64,000 nt of DNA from assembly GCF_018350175.1 (NCBI RefSeq), contig NC_058368.1, positions 174,594,001 through 174,658,000 on the forward strand, in the 5' to 3' direction. Position numbers and translations under genes: made by a program. The DNA comes from Felis catus (Eukaryota). Of this stretch, positions 49,111 to 59,915 are shown piece after piece. Numbering within the stretch: the stretch's first letter is position 1; each line of letters begins with the position of its first letter. The notes under the pieces are model-generated. The model made no database searches. It was not told the DNA's origin and saw nothing but the letters and a program-made list of their open reading frames with translations.

Positions 49111-50589
49111 AACAAGTAAAGGGAATAACTGTCGCTTCTGAGCTTGGCCCCTGGGTCAGCCTCTCTGTTGAGAACATCGCACCCATAATTTTACCTACTC
49201 TCCCTCTAACTCCACGGGGTAGGTGTTGAGCACCAGGCCGTTTCTCTCCAAACCCAGGAGTTTCAGTAATGTATCTACACCGGCCTCTTGCCACAGCCAC
49301 GGAATCAGGGAGTCATTATTCTCTTGCTCTTCTTGAAAACTTTGGGAGGAAGAAACTATTGGGCGGTGGAAAACTCGAAGTTCCGACGATCTTAAAGGCG
49401 CCCAAGTGAACGGAGGAGCTGACACTGACAGAATCTGCTTGCCAGGACTATATAAATAGCAACGTGTACCTACACCGCGCCTCATCTGCACACATCAAAA
49501 AGCACATTAGAGGAACATTAAAATGTCAAGTGGAAATGTGACCTACCTTATTTAATCTTGTGAGGGGGAAAAAGCTGTCAAGAATTCAAATCTTGAATAT
49601 GTGGGGGGGGGGGGGGGCTCCCGGGGTGGAGACTAGCCCAGGGCCACTCCTGCGGAGCCAGAGCTCGCCAGGGCATTGTCCGTTTTTACAGAGCCCTGAC
49701 CTAAAAGGTTGGGGCAGTTTTTGTGGGGATCCTCCCCTGGGTGCCTCTTCTAAGAAAGTCCATGTTGTTTTCCGGTAGTTTCTCTGTCCAGGGCAGCTCC
49801 CCAGCTGCCCCTCCCGCTGCTTCCTGAAAACAAGCCTTTCGCTTATTTCTGATCAGAGTTGCCCCACCCCTGCAACTTTGGGGGACTTCTCCCCGAGCCT
49901 CGTAAGTTACCAGCTAGAGGCACTGACAAGTCCAGCCATCTCAAGCTATCCCTGGGTAGCCTCCCTGCTGCCTGCTGGCTACCAAAATTGCAAACCACTG
50001 GAGAGAGTGGATGGGTTCAGGAGCAGCAAAGGCTCTAATGGTTCAAGGTGGTTGATCAGCTGGCGACATCATCCTAAAATGACACCCGTGGCACAGGTAG
50101 ACCTCAGGTTCACAGCGCGCTTCGTTGGGGGTCTGTCTACCGGCTGCCACTCTCGGGGTCAAGGAGAGGGGCAGGGATGTCTGAGGACTGTGGGGCTGCG
50201 CGTTCGCTCTTCTCTTCCCCACCGTGGGAGGGAGATGGGCTTACGGTGAGGTGGGGGAGAGGCATGAAGGGCGAAGACCCACCTCTCTGCTGTCCACACC
50301 AGACCCACCATGCCTCCTCTGGCTCCCACAAAGGGAAGCCGCAGAAGGGATCACCCCCACCCCCCGGTCCTAGCCTGAGAGGACCCCAGAACACCGTATC
50401 TATTGCCGTCTGGTTCCATCCAGCACCTGCTTCCGAGGATCTGGCTGAGTGCAAACTCAGTCTGACTTAAAGAAAGAAAGAAAGTCAAAGTCACCTGTTG
50501 GCTCAGGCGACTGCAAAAGCCAAGACCTAGGGAGGATGTCACAAGGGTCTTGACCCGGGGCCTTCGGAGCGATCCGCAAGAGGGACGGA

Positions 50590-50830
50590 TAATAGCTGAC
50601 CTTTACTGAGTGTCTTCCTCTTTGCCAGACTTTCTTCTAAAACTTTTCCTGTTCACCCATTTAATTCTCAGGAAAACCCCGCGTAGTGAGGCGTTAGCAC
50701 ATCCCTCTTTACAGCAAAAGGAAGAGAGGCGCAGAGAGGTTCAGCAACGTGCCCAAGATCGCACAGCCTGTAAACAGGGAAGCTGGACCTCAAACCTCGG
50801 TCATCTCGCGCCAGAGTGCAGACTGTAAAC
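50590..50830 (-). mobile_element. MIR
   Basis: ATAATAGCTGACCTTTACTGAG...CATTTAATTCTC...GAGGCGCAGAGAGGTTCAGCAACGTGCCCAAGATC. Confidence 0.7.
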
Positions 50831-51132
50831 CACCGTACGGTATCACCGCTTCACTGGACTGCGTCGGGGTTGTTTCTTACCTTTGAAGAGCCCCTGTTTC
50901 AAGGGGACGGCAGAGAAAGGAGGTAATCACACCATGATGCACGGCGTGCGGTGCCTTATGGAGTAATCCTGGGACGCACACGGCCCTGCACAGCTCCACA
51001 CTCACAGCAAGCCGAATCCAAGTCCCCCTAGACAAAGAGCCTTTCGACCATCGGAAGCAACCCTGGTGGTAACGGCTTCAGAAGTGCCCTCCCTAGCTCT
51101 TTAGATAATGTTTTTAAAAGGCTACATTGCTC

Positions 51133-51357
51133 GGGGCGCCCAGGGGGCTCAGTCGGTTGAGCGTCCGGCTTCTGCTCAGGTCATGATCCTTACAGTTGGT
51201 GAGTTCAAGCCCCGCGTGGGGCTCTGTGCTGATGGCTCCGAGCCTGGGGCCTGCTTCGGATTCTGTGTCTCCCTCTCTCTCCCTGCTCCCCTCCTGCTCA
51301 TGCTCTGTCTCTTTCTCTCTCTCTCTCTCTCTCAAAAATAAATAAATGTTAAAAAAT
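51133..51357 (+). mobile_element. SINEC (first of a head-to-tail pair)
   Basis: Full body with CT tract and short tail. Confidence 0.93.
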
Positions 51358-51358
51358 A

Positions 51359-51575
51359 GGGGCGCCTGGGTGGCTCAGTCGGCTGGGCGTCAGACTTCGG
51401 CTTAGGTCATGATCTCGCGGTCCGTGAGTTCGAGCCTTGCATCAGGCTCTGTGCTGACAGCTCAGAGCCTGGAGCCTGCTTCGGATTCTGTGTCCCCCGC
51501 TCTCTCTGCCCCTCCCCCGCTCACGCTGTTTCTCTCTGTGTCAAAAATAAACATTAAAAAAATAAATAAATAAAA
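51359..51575 (+). mobile_element. SINEC_Fc (second of the pair)
   Basis: Starts immediately after the tail of the previous SINE. Confidence 0.94.
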
Positions 51576-52024
51576 TAGTCCAACCCCCTTTGAGATAAGT
51601 GCAGAGGCCCCAGAGGGTCACAGAATCAAGGCAGCGGACTCCTGCTGGGGGTGACAATGGAGTAGGGCAGGGGCCTGTCAAAGCTGTCTTTCTGTCCCCA
51701 CCTCCCATCCTGCAGGAGCAGCGGGACCAGACCCTTGGGCTTCGTGCCAGGCCAGCCTCAGTTCAAAACCCAGCTCTGCCTTTTCTTTGTCGTGAGACTG
51801 TGGGCAAACCTAGTTCCCTTTTGAGCCTCAGTCTCTTCATCAGGGCAATGGGAACGGTGCTGAGTAAGCCCTCTTTGCACGGGAGGATTAGATAGCACAG
51901 GGAAGGCAGTAGCATGGCAGGAGGCACGCAGCAAGGACAAAAGGGCAGCCGTTCATAACGTGGCCCTTGCAAGAATCTCACACGCACCTTTTATACATGA
52001 CCTCTTTCAGGGCGTGGAAAAGCG

Positions 52025-52399
52025 GGTTGCCTAGGGCCTCCATGACAAAAGTACCACTGACTGAGAGCTGAAACAACAGAAATTTAATTCTCACAGTTCT
52101 GGAGGCCAGCAGTCCAAGGTCAAGATGTCAGCAGGGCTGATTCCTTCTGGAGGCCCCTTCCTTGGCTTGGAGATAGCGGTCTTCTCCCTGTGTGTTCACA
52201 ATCCTCTCTGCACGGCTGTGTTCTAATGTCCCCCCACAGGGACATGAGCCGGATGGGCTTAGGGCCCACCCCAATGATCTCATTTTAACTTAGTTACAGC
52301 CTTACAGGCCCTGTGTCCAACTATAGTCCCATTCTGAGGTGTTGGGGGTGGAGACTGCATGTGACGTTGGGGGCAGACGCACACAATTCAGCCATAACG
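52025..52399 (-). mobile_element. MLT1B-like MaLR LTR
   Basis: AACAACAGAAATTTAATTCTCACAGTTCTGGAGGC...TTAGGGCCCACCCCAATGATCTCATTTTAAC...CACAATTCAGCCATAAC. Confidence 0.8.
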
Positions 52400-53624
52400 T
52401 ACCTTTGTCAGCAAGGGGGACTGGCTGTTAAGGGTGGAAGGCACGCTGCAGCCCTCAGGCAGGAACTGAGTGCCGGAGGGGCGTGGGGACCTGTGTGGGA
52501 GATTCTTGGGCAGTGCCAGGTGCCACTGGCCCGCCTAGGGTCGCAGCCCAGCAGAGGACGGGCAGGCAGCCCCCTGCTGTCCCGCTTGGCCACTTGTAGC
52601 CTCTTCCCATGGAGATCTGAGCGGCTGCAAAATCTACCGCATTCAAAGGCGATGCCTTGCTGTCGTGCCCTCAAAGAACTTACCGAGCAGACATCTGCTG
52701 CTGCAAAGAATGATCAATCAGAGCCTATAATGGAAGAGGCCGGGCATCCTTGGCTCTGACTATAGGCAAAGGCGTTCAGTCCTCAGAGGGCTGAAAGGAG
52801 CCAAATCAGAGTTCGCTTTGAGGATTCAAAAGCTGGAGAGGAAACTATTTGAGGCGTTTTGTCTATTCCTCCCCCCCCCCATCCCCCCCACCGCAACCCA
52901 CACCATGACTGCTATAGGCAAAACTCACGAAGAGCCATTTTCTTTTCAATAGAACCCCTTTCTTTCCAGAATATAAAATACAAATTCCAATTTGCTTAAC
53001 AATCTTAGAGAACATTCTGAGAGAACTTAGGGCTTTCATTCCTATTGTGTTAGTTTAATGCTCAACCCAGCCTTGAGAGATAGATGCTCCGATCCGGATT
53101 TTACAGCTAAAGGGAGCAGAGGCTCCGTGGGGGGGGGGGGGGGGGGAAGCTTCCCAATGACCCCCTTCTGCCCTTCTGCAAGCGGACGGAGCCAGAACTC
53201 GAGGCAGGGCTCCAAGTCCCATGCTCTGCTGGCTTTCTTAGCACCAGAAGTACCCGGGCACCGACCTGTGCCTTGAGGTCAGCACATCCATGGCACAGAC
53301 CGAGGGCGAAACCTTGAACTCACGTGTGAGCTTTCCCTCGGGGTGCGCCCTCTGGTCCCATTCTTACCCATTTGCTCTGAGCACCTTCCCACATTTTCTT
53401 TCTTTCTTTGACCTCCTTCTGTTCTCTCTGCACTGGAACAGCTTGACAGTGTGGGCCCGAATACATCTGCTTTTGCAGGGCTTTCTTTACTCTAGGGGAT
53501 AGATTTGTTTCTCCAAAGTCTGCTAGAACTTGAGTATCGGCATGTTTTTCTTTTTTCCTCTTTTTCTAAAGCCTTAAGCACTTTTTTTTAATTAAAAAAA
53601 TTTTTTTAAATGTTTTTTATTTCT

Positions 53625-53911
53625 TTTTTTTTAAATTTTTTTTTCAACGTTTATTTATTTTTGGGACAGAGAGATACAGAGCATGAACGGGGGAGGGGCA
53701 GAGAGAGAGGGAGACACAGAATCGGAAACAGGCTCCAGGCTCTGAGCCATCAGCCCAGAGCCCGATGCGGGGCTCGAACTCACGGACTGCGAGATCGTGA
53801 CCTGGCTGAAGTCGGACGCTTAACCGACTGCGCCACCCAGGCGCCCCTTTTTTTTTTTTAATTTTTTTTTCAACGTTTATTTATTTTTGGGACAGAGAGA
53901 GACAGAGCATG
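53625..53911 (-). mobile_element. Young SINEC_Fc (53625-53847) plus a 3'-only SINE piece (53848-53911) inside one TSD
   Basis: TSD TAAATGTTTTTTATTTCT at 53607-53624 and 53912-53929. Confidence 0.92.
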
Positions 53912-54045
53912 TAAATGTTTTTTATTTCTGAGAGAGAGACAGAGTGTGAGTAGGGGAGGAGCAGAGAGAGACACAGAATCCAAAACAGGCTCCAGGCTCT
54001 GAGCTGTCAGCACAGAGCCCGACGCAGGTTAGAAACCTAGAAATA

Positions 54046-54239
54046 GGGGCACCTGGGTGGCTCAGTTGGTTAAGCGACTGACTCTGGATTTCAGCTCAGG
54101 TCATGATCTCATGGTTCGTGAGTTTGAGCCCCACATCAGCCTCTGTGCTGACAGTGCAGAGCCTGCTTGGGATTCTCTCCCTTTCTCTCTCTGACCTCCC
54201 CTGCTATCTCCCTCTCTCAAAATAAATAAATAAACAAAA
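54046..54239 (+). mobile_element. SINEC
   Basis: TSD AGAAACCTAGAAAT at 54031-54044 and 54240-54253. Confidence 0.94.
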
Positions 54240-54584
54240 AGAAACCTAGAAATGACAGCTTCAAACATTTTGAACACTTTGCGTTGATGTATTCTATTTA
54301 CTTTTTTTTTTTCCTCACAGACCGTGAGATCATGACCTGAGCCGAAGTTGGACGCTTAACCGACTGAGCCACCCAGGAGCCCCGAATATTGGCTTTTCTA
54401 ATTCAAGTTTGCCATTGGTCCTTATCGTAAAATCAGAAGTGCGGTCCGGGGCCCATGGGAGGAACAAACCAGAGAACGAAAACCACATTCCACAATGTAG
54501 AAAGCTTTATACAATACCTTAGGTGGGGGAAAGAAGGAAGATGTCTTAAGGAATGATTATTCCTGGAAAAATAAATTAAAAAAA

Positions 54585-54785
54585 TTTTTTTTAACATTTA
54601 CTTATTTTTGAGGGGTAGGGAGGAAGAGGAGGAGGAAGAGAGAGAGAGAGAGAGAGGATCTGAAGCAGGCTCTGTGCTCATAGTGCAGAGTCCAAGGCAG
54701 GGCTCAAATCCACGAACGGTGAGATCATGACCTGAGCCAAAATCAAGAGTCGGCCACTCCACTGACTGAGCCACCCAGGCGCCCC
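54585..54785 (-). mobile_element. SINEC
   Basis: Reverse body; flanks GAAAA(A)TAAAT. Confidence 0.92.
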
Positions 54786-55913
54786 GAAAATAAATGTTAA
54801 AATAAAGTAGCTGCACAGTTAGGTTTGTTCCAGGGAGTCATCATCTCGGCGGCCACCGCTCAGGTGCCGGACTCCGTTCTGAGACTTCCATGTGGATTAA
54901 TTCATTTCTTCCTCATCCCCACTCCGTGAGGGGGCACTGCCATTTCACAGAGAAAACGGAACCCCATCATGGTTGATTAATTACTCAAGTTCACCCAGGG
55001 AGAAGGTGGCAGAGGCACATTTGGAACGAGCGCCCATGCTCTCAACCGTCCTGCCTCGGCATCAAGCCAAGTGATTGCTGCATCACCTTGCTGCCAAAGT
55101 TGGGGGCCTGATGCGCCCTTGAAGGTGGGAAGGTGGGAAGGTGGGAAGGCAGAAAGGAAATTGCCTAGAAAGAGACCTCTCCCTCCAGCCTCCTGACCAC
55201 TTCTCCAACCATGCTCCTCTCTGTAGGGGGTCGTGAGGGAACGCCACGAAGACTGTGAAGAAACTGGAAGCAAGGTACGTGCAGGTGCCCCCCCACCCCC
55301 CACCGCCAAGGGCTTTACCGTGTAAATCGCCTACAAAGCAGTCAGCTCCCAGTTTCCTTTAAAAATGGAAGGTGCCTCAAAGAGCAGGACAGAAGAATAA
55401 AAATATTGACAGACTCAAAGTAAGAAGGAGGGATGGGCAGCTTTCAGTTTGGAAGATGTAGAAACCGGGATGCCTTGAAACTCAGGAGAGAAAGAGCCTT
55501 CGACAGCCGACTCCCGCGTGAGACCACAACCATTCAGTCACCCAACTTACGTCCACGTCTTCTGGATCCGGCGTCACCGGGGGGACAGACTCTGTGGACT
55601 GAGTCATCCCCCCTCCTCTGGCATGCCTTCCTGTATCATGGAGGCTGGACAACTGTTACTCTTTCCCAGACTCCCTTGCAGCTAGCGGTCTGGCTGTAAC
55701 CTGGGTCCGCCAAGAGGATTCATTCGTGCAAGGCCTGGAACGTGGAAGGAAGCACTTAGTGGGGGTCAGGCCGAGCAGATGTGTGGCAGGCTCAGTGCCA
55801 GGGGAGTTTGGACCTTCTCCGGAAAGGGTAGTAGAGATTCTTGGTCAAGTCTCATCGTGCCCGACGCGCACCAGACAGCACACTGGCATTTCCTTTAAAA
55901 TTATCTCGTTGTT

Positions 55914-56127
55914 GGGGCGCCTGGGTGGCGCAGTCGGTTAAGCGTCCTACTTCAGCCAGGTCACGATCTCGCAGTCCGTGAGTTTGAGCCCCGCGTCGGG
56001 CTCTGGGCTGATGGCTCGGAGCTGGGAGCCTGTTTCCGATTCTGTGTCTCCCTCTCTCTCTGCCCCTCCCCCATTCATGCTCTGTCTCTCTCTGTCCCAA
56101 AAATAAATAAACGTTGAAAAAAAAAAA
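55914..56127 (+). mobile_element. SINEC_Fc (young subtype)
   Basis: Full body and A tail; no clear TSD. Confidence 0.96.
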
Positions 56128-56174
56128 GTTACCACCTCCAGTAGCTGTGTTACTCGATTTCTCACTGTAAACTC

Positions 56175-56371
56175 TTTTAACTTTATTTATTTATTTTGAG
56201 AGAGCGCGTGAGTTGGGGAGGGGCAGAGAGAGAGGGAGACAGAGAATCCCAAGCAGCCGCGTGCTGTCAGCGTGGAGCTGGACACAGCGTTGACCCCACG
56301 AACCGTGAGATCATGACCTGAGCTGAGATCAAGAGTGGGACCCTCAATCGACTGAGCCACCCAGGTGCCCC
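56175..56371 (-). mobile_element. SINEC
   Basis: Reverse body; degenerate TSD TCTCA(C/T)T(G/A)TAA. Confidence 0.92.
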
Positions 56372-56693
56372 TCTCATTATAAGTTTATGTCCTCTTGACT
56401 CACAGGTGCACACGGATGCTTTAGTGGCCTTGACTTACAGGTGCACACGGATGCATGCACACCTCACTAATTAGACATCATTCGATAGGTTTATACATAC
56501 GAGCTTAGGAGGAATGCTTTTTGCCCTAAGAAAGCTCATTCCTCCAAGAGTTCGGGGTGGCCAAATAGTGAACAGTGCTGGGTGGAAAACCTTTCCGGCG
56601 ACAGTCCCTTAACTGGCCCCAGCACCCAAAGCCTAAAGAGTCGCTTACTCTCCAGCCTTGTTCTCCAGGAGACCAATGGATTCAACGAGTCAT

Positions 56694-57609
56694 CCGGGGC
56701 CAGCTCCGCAAGTTGTAGGGCCCCACGCGAAGTGAGAAGGTGGGGCCCTGATTTTAAAAAAGCCGTGCCATTAAAGGTATCGAAACATAAAGCTTTTTCC
56801 TGGATCCACGGTGTCTCTTTGGACTTGTCGTGGCGGTTTTCATTTCCCACTTAATGTCTCACTAAAGAAAAATGAACATGCGAGATGATTAGCATAAATG
56901 ATACCATCCACTTTCATATTGTGCAGTGGCAGTTTAAATGCAAACCTAAGAACATTTAACTCCTATACGGAGTTACCGGAACTATACAATTCCCATTTGG
57001 GGGCTTGTACGTGCCTGTAGGTATTCTCTTCTTCCCGGAATGATGGAAATACCACACCAAACTAACTCCACTGTTTTTATTTCACTTCTTGAGAGGCACG
57101 CATTCTTCCAGCCCTCTGTGTTGGGCTTAATAATGAGTAAAGAAGGACCGAAAGGAAAATGAGCTTTGGGTTTCCCTAGCTTACCCTTTTCAGTATCACT
57201 GGATGCGCGAGAGCGAAAAAGGCTGTGATAAGTTTCTTTGGTGTTTCTTGGTTTTTAGACCACCATTGCCTCCTTTGTGCATTGAAAACAAGTTCTGGCT
57301 TGAAAGGAAAGTGTGGTCTTTCTGGCTTTTAGCACCTCCCTTACTCTGTCTTCGCCTTTGTGTCGTCTTGAACGCGATGCCTGGGAGTTTCTTGAGACTC
57401 GAAGCAAGTGCAAGGTAAGTAGGCTACAGAAGCCGCGCGGCAGGCTTCGCAAATGCTTCATGGGAACGGAGTAGCAAGGAACTGCAGACACACACTGCAC
57501 ATCTTCCCACCGCCCAGGAATGTGTGCCGATGAGAGCAGAACACGGAACCGGGCGTGGGGTCCTTCCGAGAGCGGCTGCACAGGGTGCACACCCATGGAG
57601 CCCGCCCTG
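56694..57609 (-). mobile_element. MER45B/C-like hAT-Tip100 DNA transposon
   Basis: Ends match the reverse of MER45 termini as I recall them: CCGGGGCCAGCT...GGGCCCC...GGGGCCC and GCTGCACAGGGTGCACACCCATGGAGCCCGCCCTG. Confidence 0.7.
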
Positions 57610-58888
57610 AAGCTGAGCTTTGGGGAGTCACGGGCCATGAGACTGAAGGGGCCCGGGAGGGACGTGGGGGCGGGGGATGGGGTTGACATTTGGTGAGCAT
57701 GGCCTCTGTCCAGTGCTGAATTGGGGACACTGCCTAATTGCCTCTGTCTTCTCAGTTTGCTTCCTGAATTCCCGTTCTCGTGTGAAAAGACAGATGGGAC
57801 TGGAAAGCTTGCTATACTTACTTCATAAGAATTAGCCCAGGGCACTGGCAGAGTCTCTTGAAACAATCGGCCTCGTAGAAAACCCAGGAAATGGAAAGGA
57901 TCCTTCCTGATCCCCTCTTTGCAAGCAGGAAGCTTATTAATGAAGCCGAATGGCCAGAGAGGGAGAAGCAGGGGAGGGAGGAGGTTGAATCAGCCCCACT
58001 GTGCGAGCGCATACCAAGCCCACTACCACCAAGGGAATCGGTCATACTTTCAGTCCATAGCAATCAACTGCGCTCCTGCCTGTCATGGGAGTCTGGTTTT
58101 AGCTGATTTTAAGTAACTAGGTTGCTCAAAGGTCCTCGTCAAGATTCCCCAGGCCTATGTATGGATTTAAAATTATTCCACGGTCTCAGAAGTGACCAAA
58201 CATTTATGAGGATTTGAAGCAGAACTTGACATCTATGAGGAACAGCAGTAGTCTGTTAGGCAGCAACCAACTGTCTAGTTTGTTGCTTTGAGGTCTATCT
58301 ATCTACCTATATATCTATATATGTATCTCATGATCTCGTGGTTTGTGAGTTATATATATATATACACACACATACATATTTGAAATTAAATAATATAATT
58401 GTCTCTTTTTAACTTGCACTCTACTCTTCCTTATAGCTAACTTTCTGTCTACTTGCCCCTTATTTCGGCCGTGATCAGAACTTTTCTTTCCCTCCTACTG
58501 CGTGTTATTATATGACGTTGCACTAATTAGAACTCTCTGTTGTGAAAGAAGTAACACCTGCCAATTATCGAGGACCTACTGTGTGTTAGAGCCTTAGCCA
58601 GATGCTTCTGTGCACACCCTTTCAGTTCATCTTTAGCTCAGCTGTGAGGTAAGGATGGTTGTTCCCATTTTTAAATCGAACTTTTCATTTTGTGATAATT
58701 ATAGGTTCACGGGCGGTTGGAAGGAATAAGATAAGGAAGTTCCACGTACTCTTTGTTTTCCCCAATGACAACATCTTGTAAAATGACAGTGTAATAATGC
58801 AATCAGGATTGACACTGATACAATCCACCAATCTTTTCCAGATTTCCCCAGGTTTACGGGTACTCATTCGTGTGTGCATGTGTGCACG

Positions 58889-58932
<44 letters not shown>

Positions 58933-59123
58933 GTAGTTTCACCACAGGCCTGGGTTTGTGTATTTACCTTCACGGTCAAGATACAGATTGGTTCCGTCAC
59001 CCCAAGGATTCCATCCGCTGCCCTTCTGAAATCATATCTATTTCTTTCCTGCCCCCACCTTAACTCCTGGCAACCATGGATTCGTTCTCTATTTCCCTAA
59101 TTTTGCCATTTCCAACATGTTAT

Positions 59124-59915
59124 TGTATTAGGCAGGGCTCTCCAGAGAAACAACCAATAGGATATACAAGATGCATGCATACACGCACATACACACACAT
59201 ACACACACACTTATTATTCCTTTATTAATAATATCCCTTTATTATATAAGGAATTGGTTCACATGATTATTGAAGCTGGCAAGGCCCAAGATCTTCAAAG
59301 AGAGTCAGCAAGCAGGAGACCCCACAGTCTGTGGTGAATTTCGACTCTGAATGCCAGCAGACTCAGGCCCCTGAAAGAGCCGACGTTTTCATTTAAGCCT
59401 GAGGGCAGGGAAGAACTCACGTCCAAGCTCAAGGCAGTCAGGAAGGAGCTTCTCTTTTACTCACAGGAGGGCCAGCCTTTTCTTTCTATGCGGGCCCTCA
59501 ACTGGCTGGAGGAAACCCACTCACACGGGGTGGGCAATCTGCTTTACTCAGGTTATCAGTTCTTGTGAAAAGAAAAATTGTAATGTTTATTTATTTTGAG
59601 AGAGAGAAAGAGATAGAGTGAGAGCAGGGGAGGGACAGAGGTAGAAAGAGAGAGAGAGAATCCCAAGCAGGCTTCATGCCGTCATCGGGGAGCCCAACGC
59701 GGGGCTTGAACTCACCAACCATGAGGTCATGACCAGAGCCAAGATCAAGAGTCAGATGCCCAAGCAACTGAGCCACCCAGGCATCCCCAGGCTACCAATT
59801 CTAATGTCTATCTCATCCAGGAACACTCTTGGCAGAAACATCCAGAATAATGCTTGACCGAAAGTCAGGGCATCCTGTGGCTCAGTCAAGTTGACATGCC
59901 AATTCAACCATCATG
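59124..59915 (-). mobile_element. MLT2-like ERVL solo LTR
   Basis: TGTATTAGGCAGGGCTCTCCAGAGAAACA...AGTCAAGTTGACA...AACCATCA; 5-bp TSD GTTAT at 59119-59123 and 59916-59920. Confidence 0.85.
59578..59788 (-). mobile_element. SINEC inside MLT2
   Basis: Reverse body; degenerate TSD AGG(T/C)TA(T/C)CA(G/A)TTCT. Confidence 0.92.

Larger units (their letters stand above)
53582..54383 (-). mobile_element. Host SINEC in three pieces (53582-53624, 53912-54028, 54314-54383)
   Basis: The pieces reassemble into one minus-strand SINE. Confidence 0.8.

Noticed and set aside
57255..57866. Longest ORF (203 aa) and the donor-like AAG|GTAAGT near 57415
   Set aside because: Largely inside the MER45-like element; no recognisable domain and no matching exon structure.
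17800..58100. Other TE-free AT-motif blocks (about 17850-18100, 22500-22700, 27930-28320, 34430-34610, 43590-43800, 57880-58110) and assignment to a specific developmental gene locus
   Set aside because: They look like conserved non-coding DNA, but I cannot show conservation or locus identity from the sequence alone.
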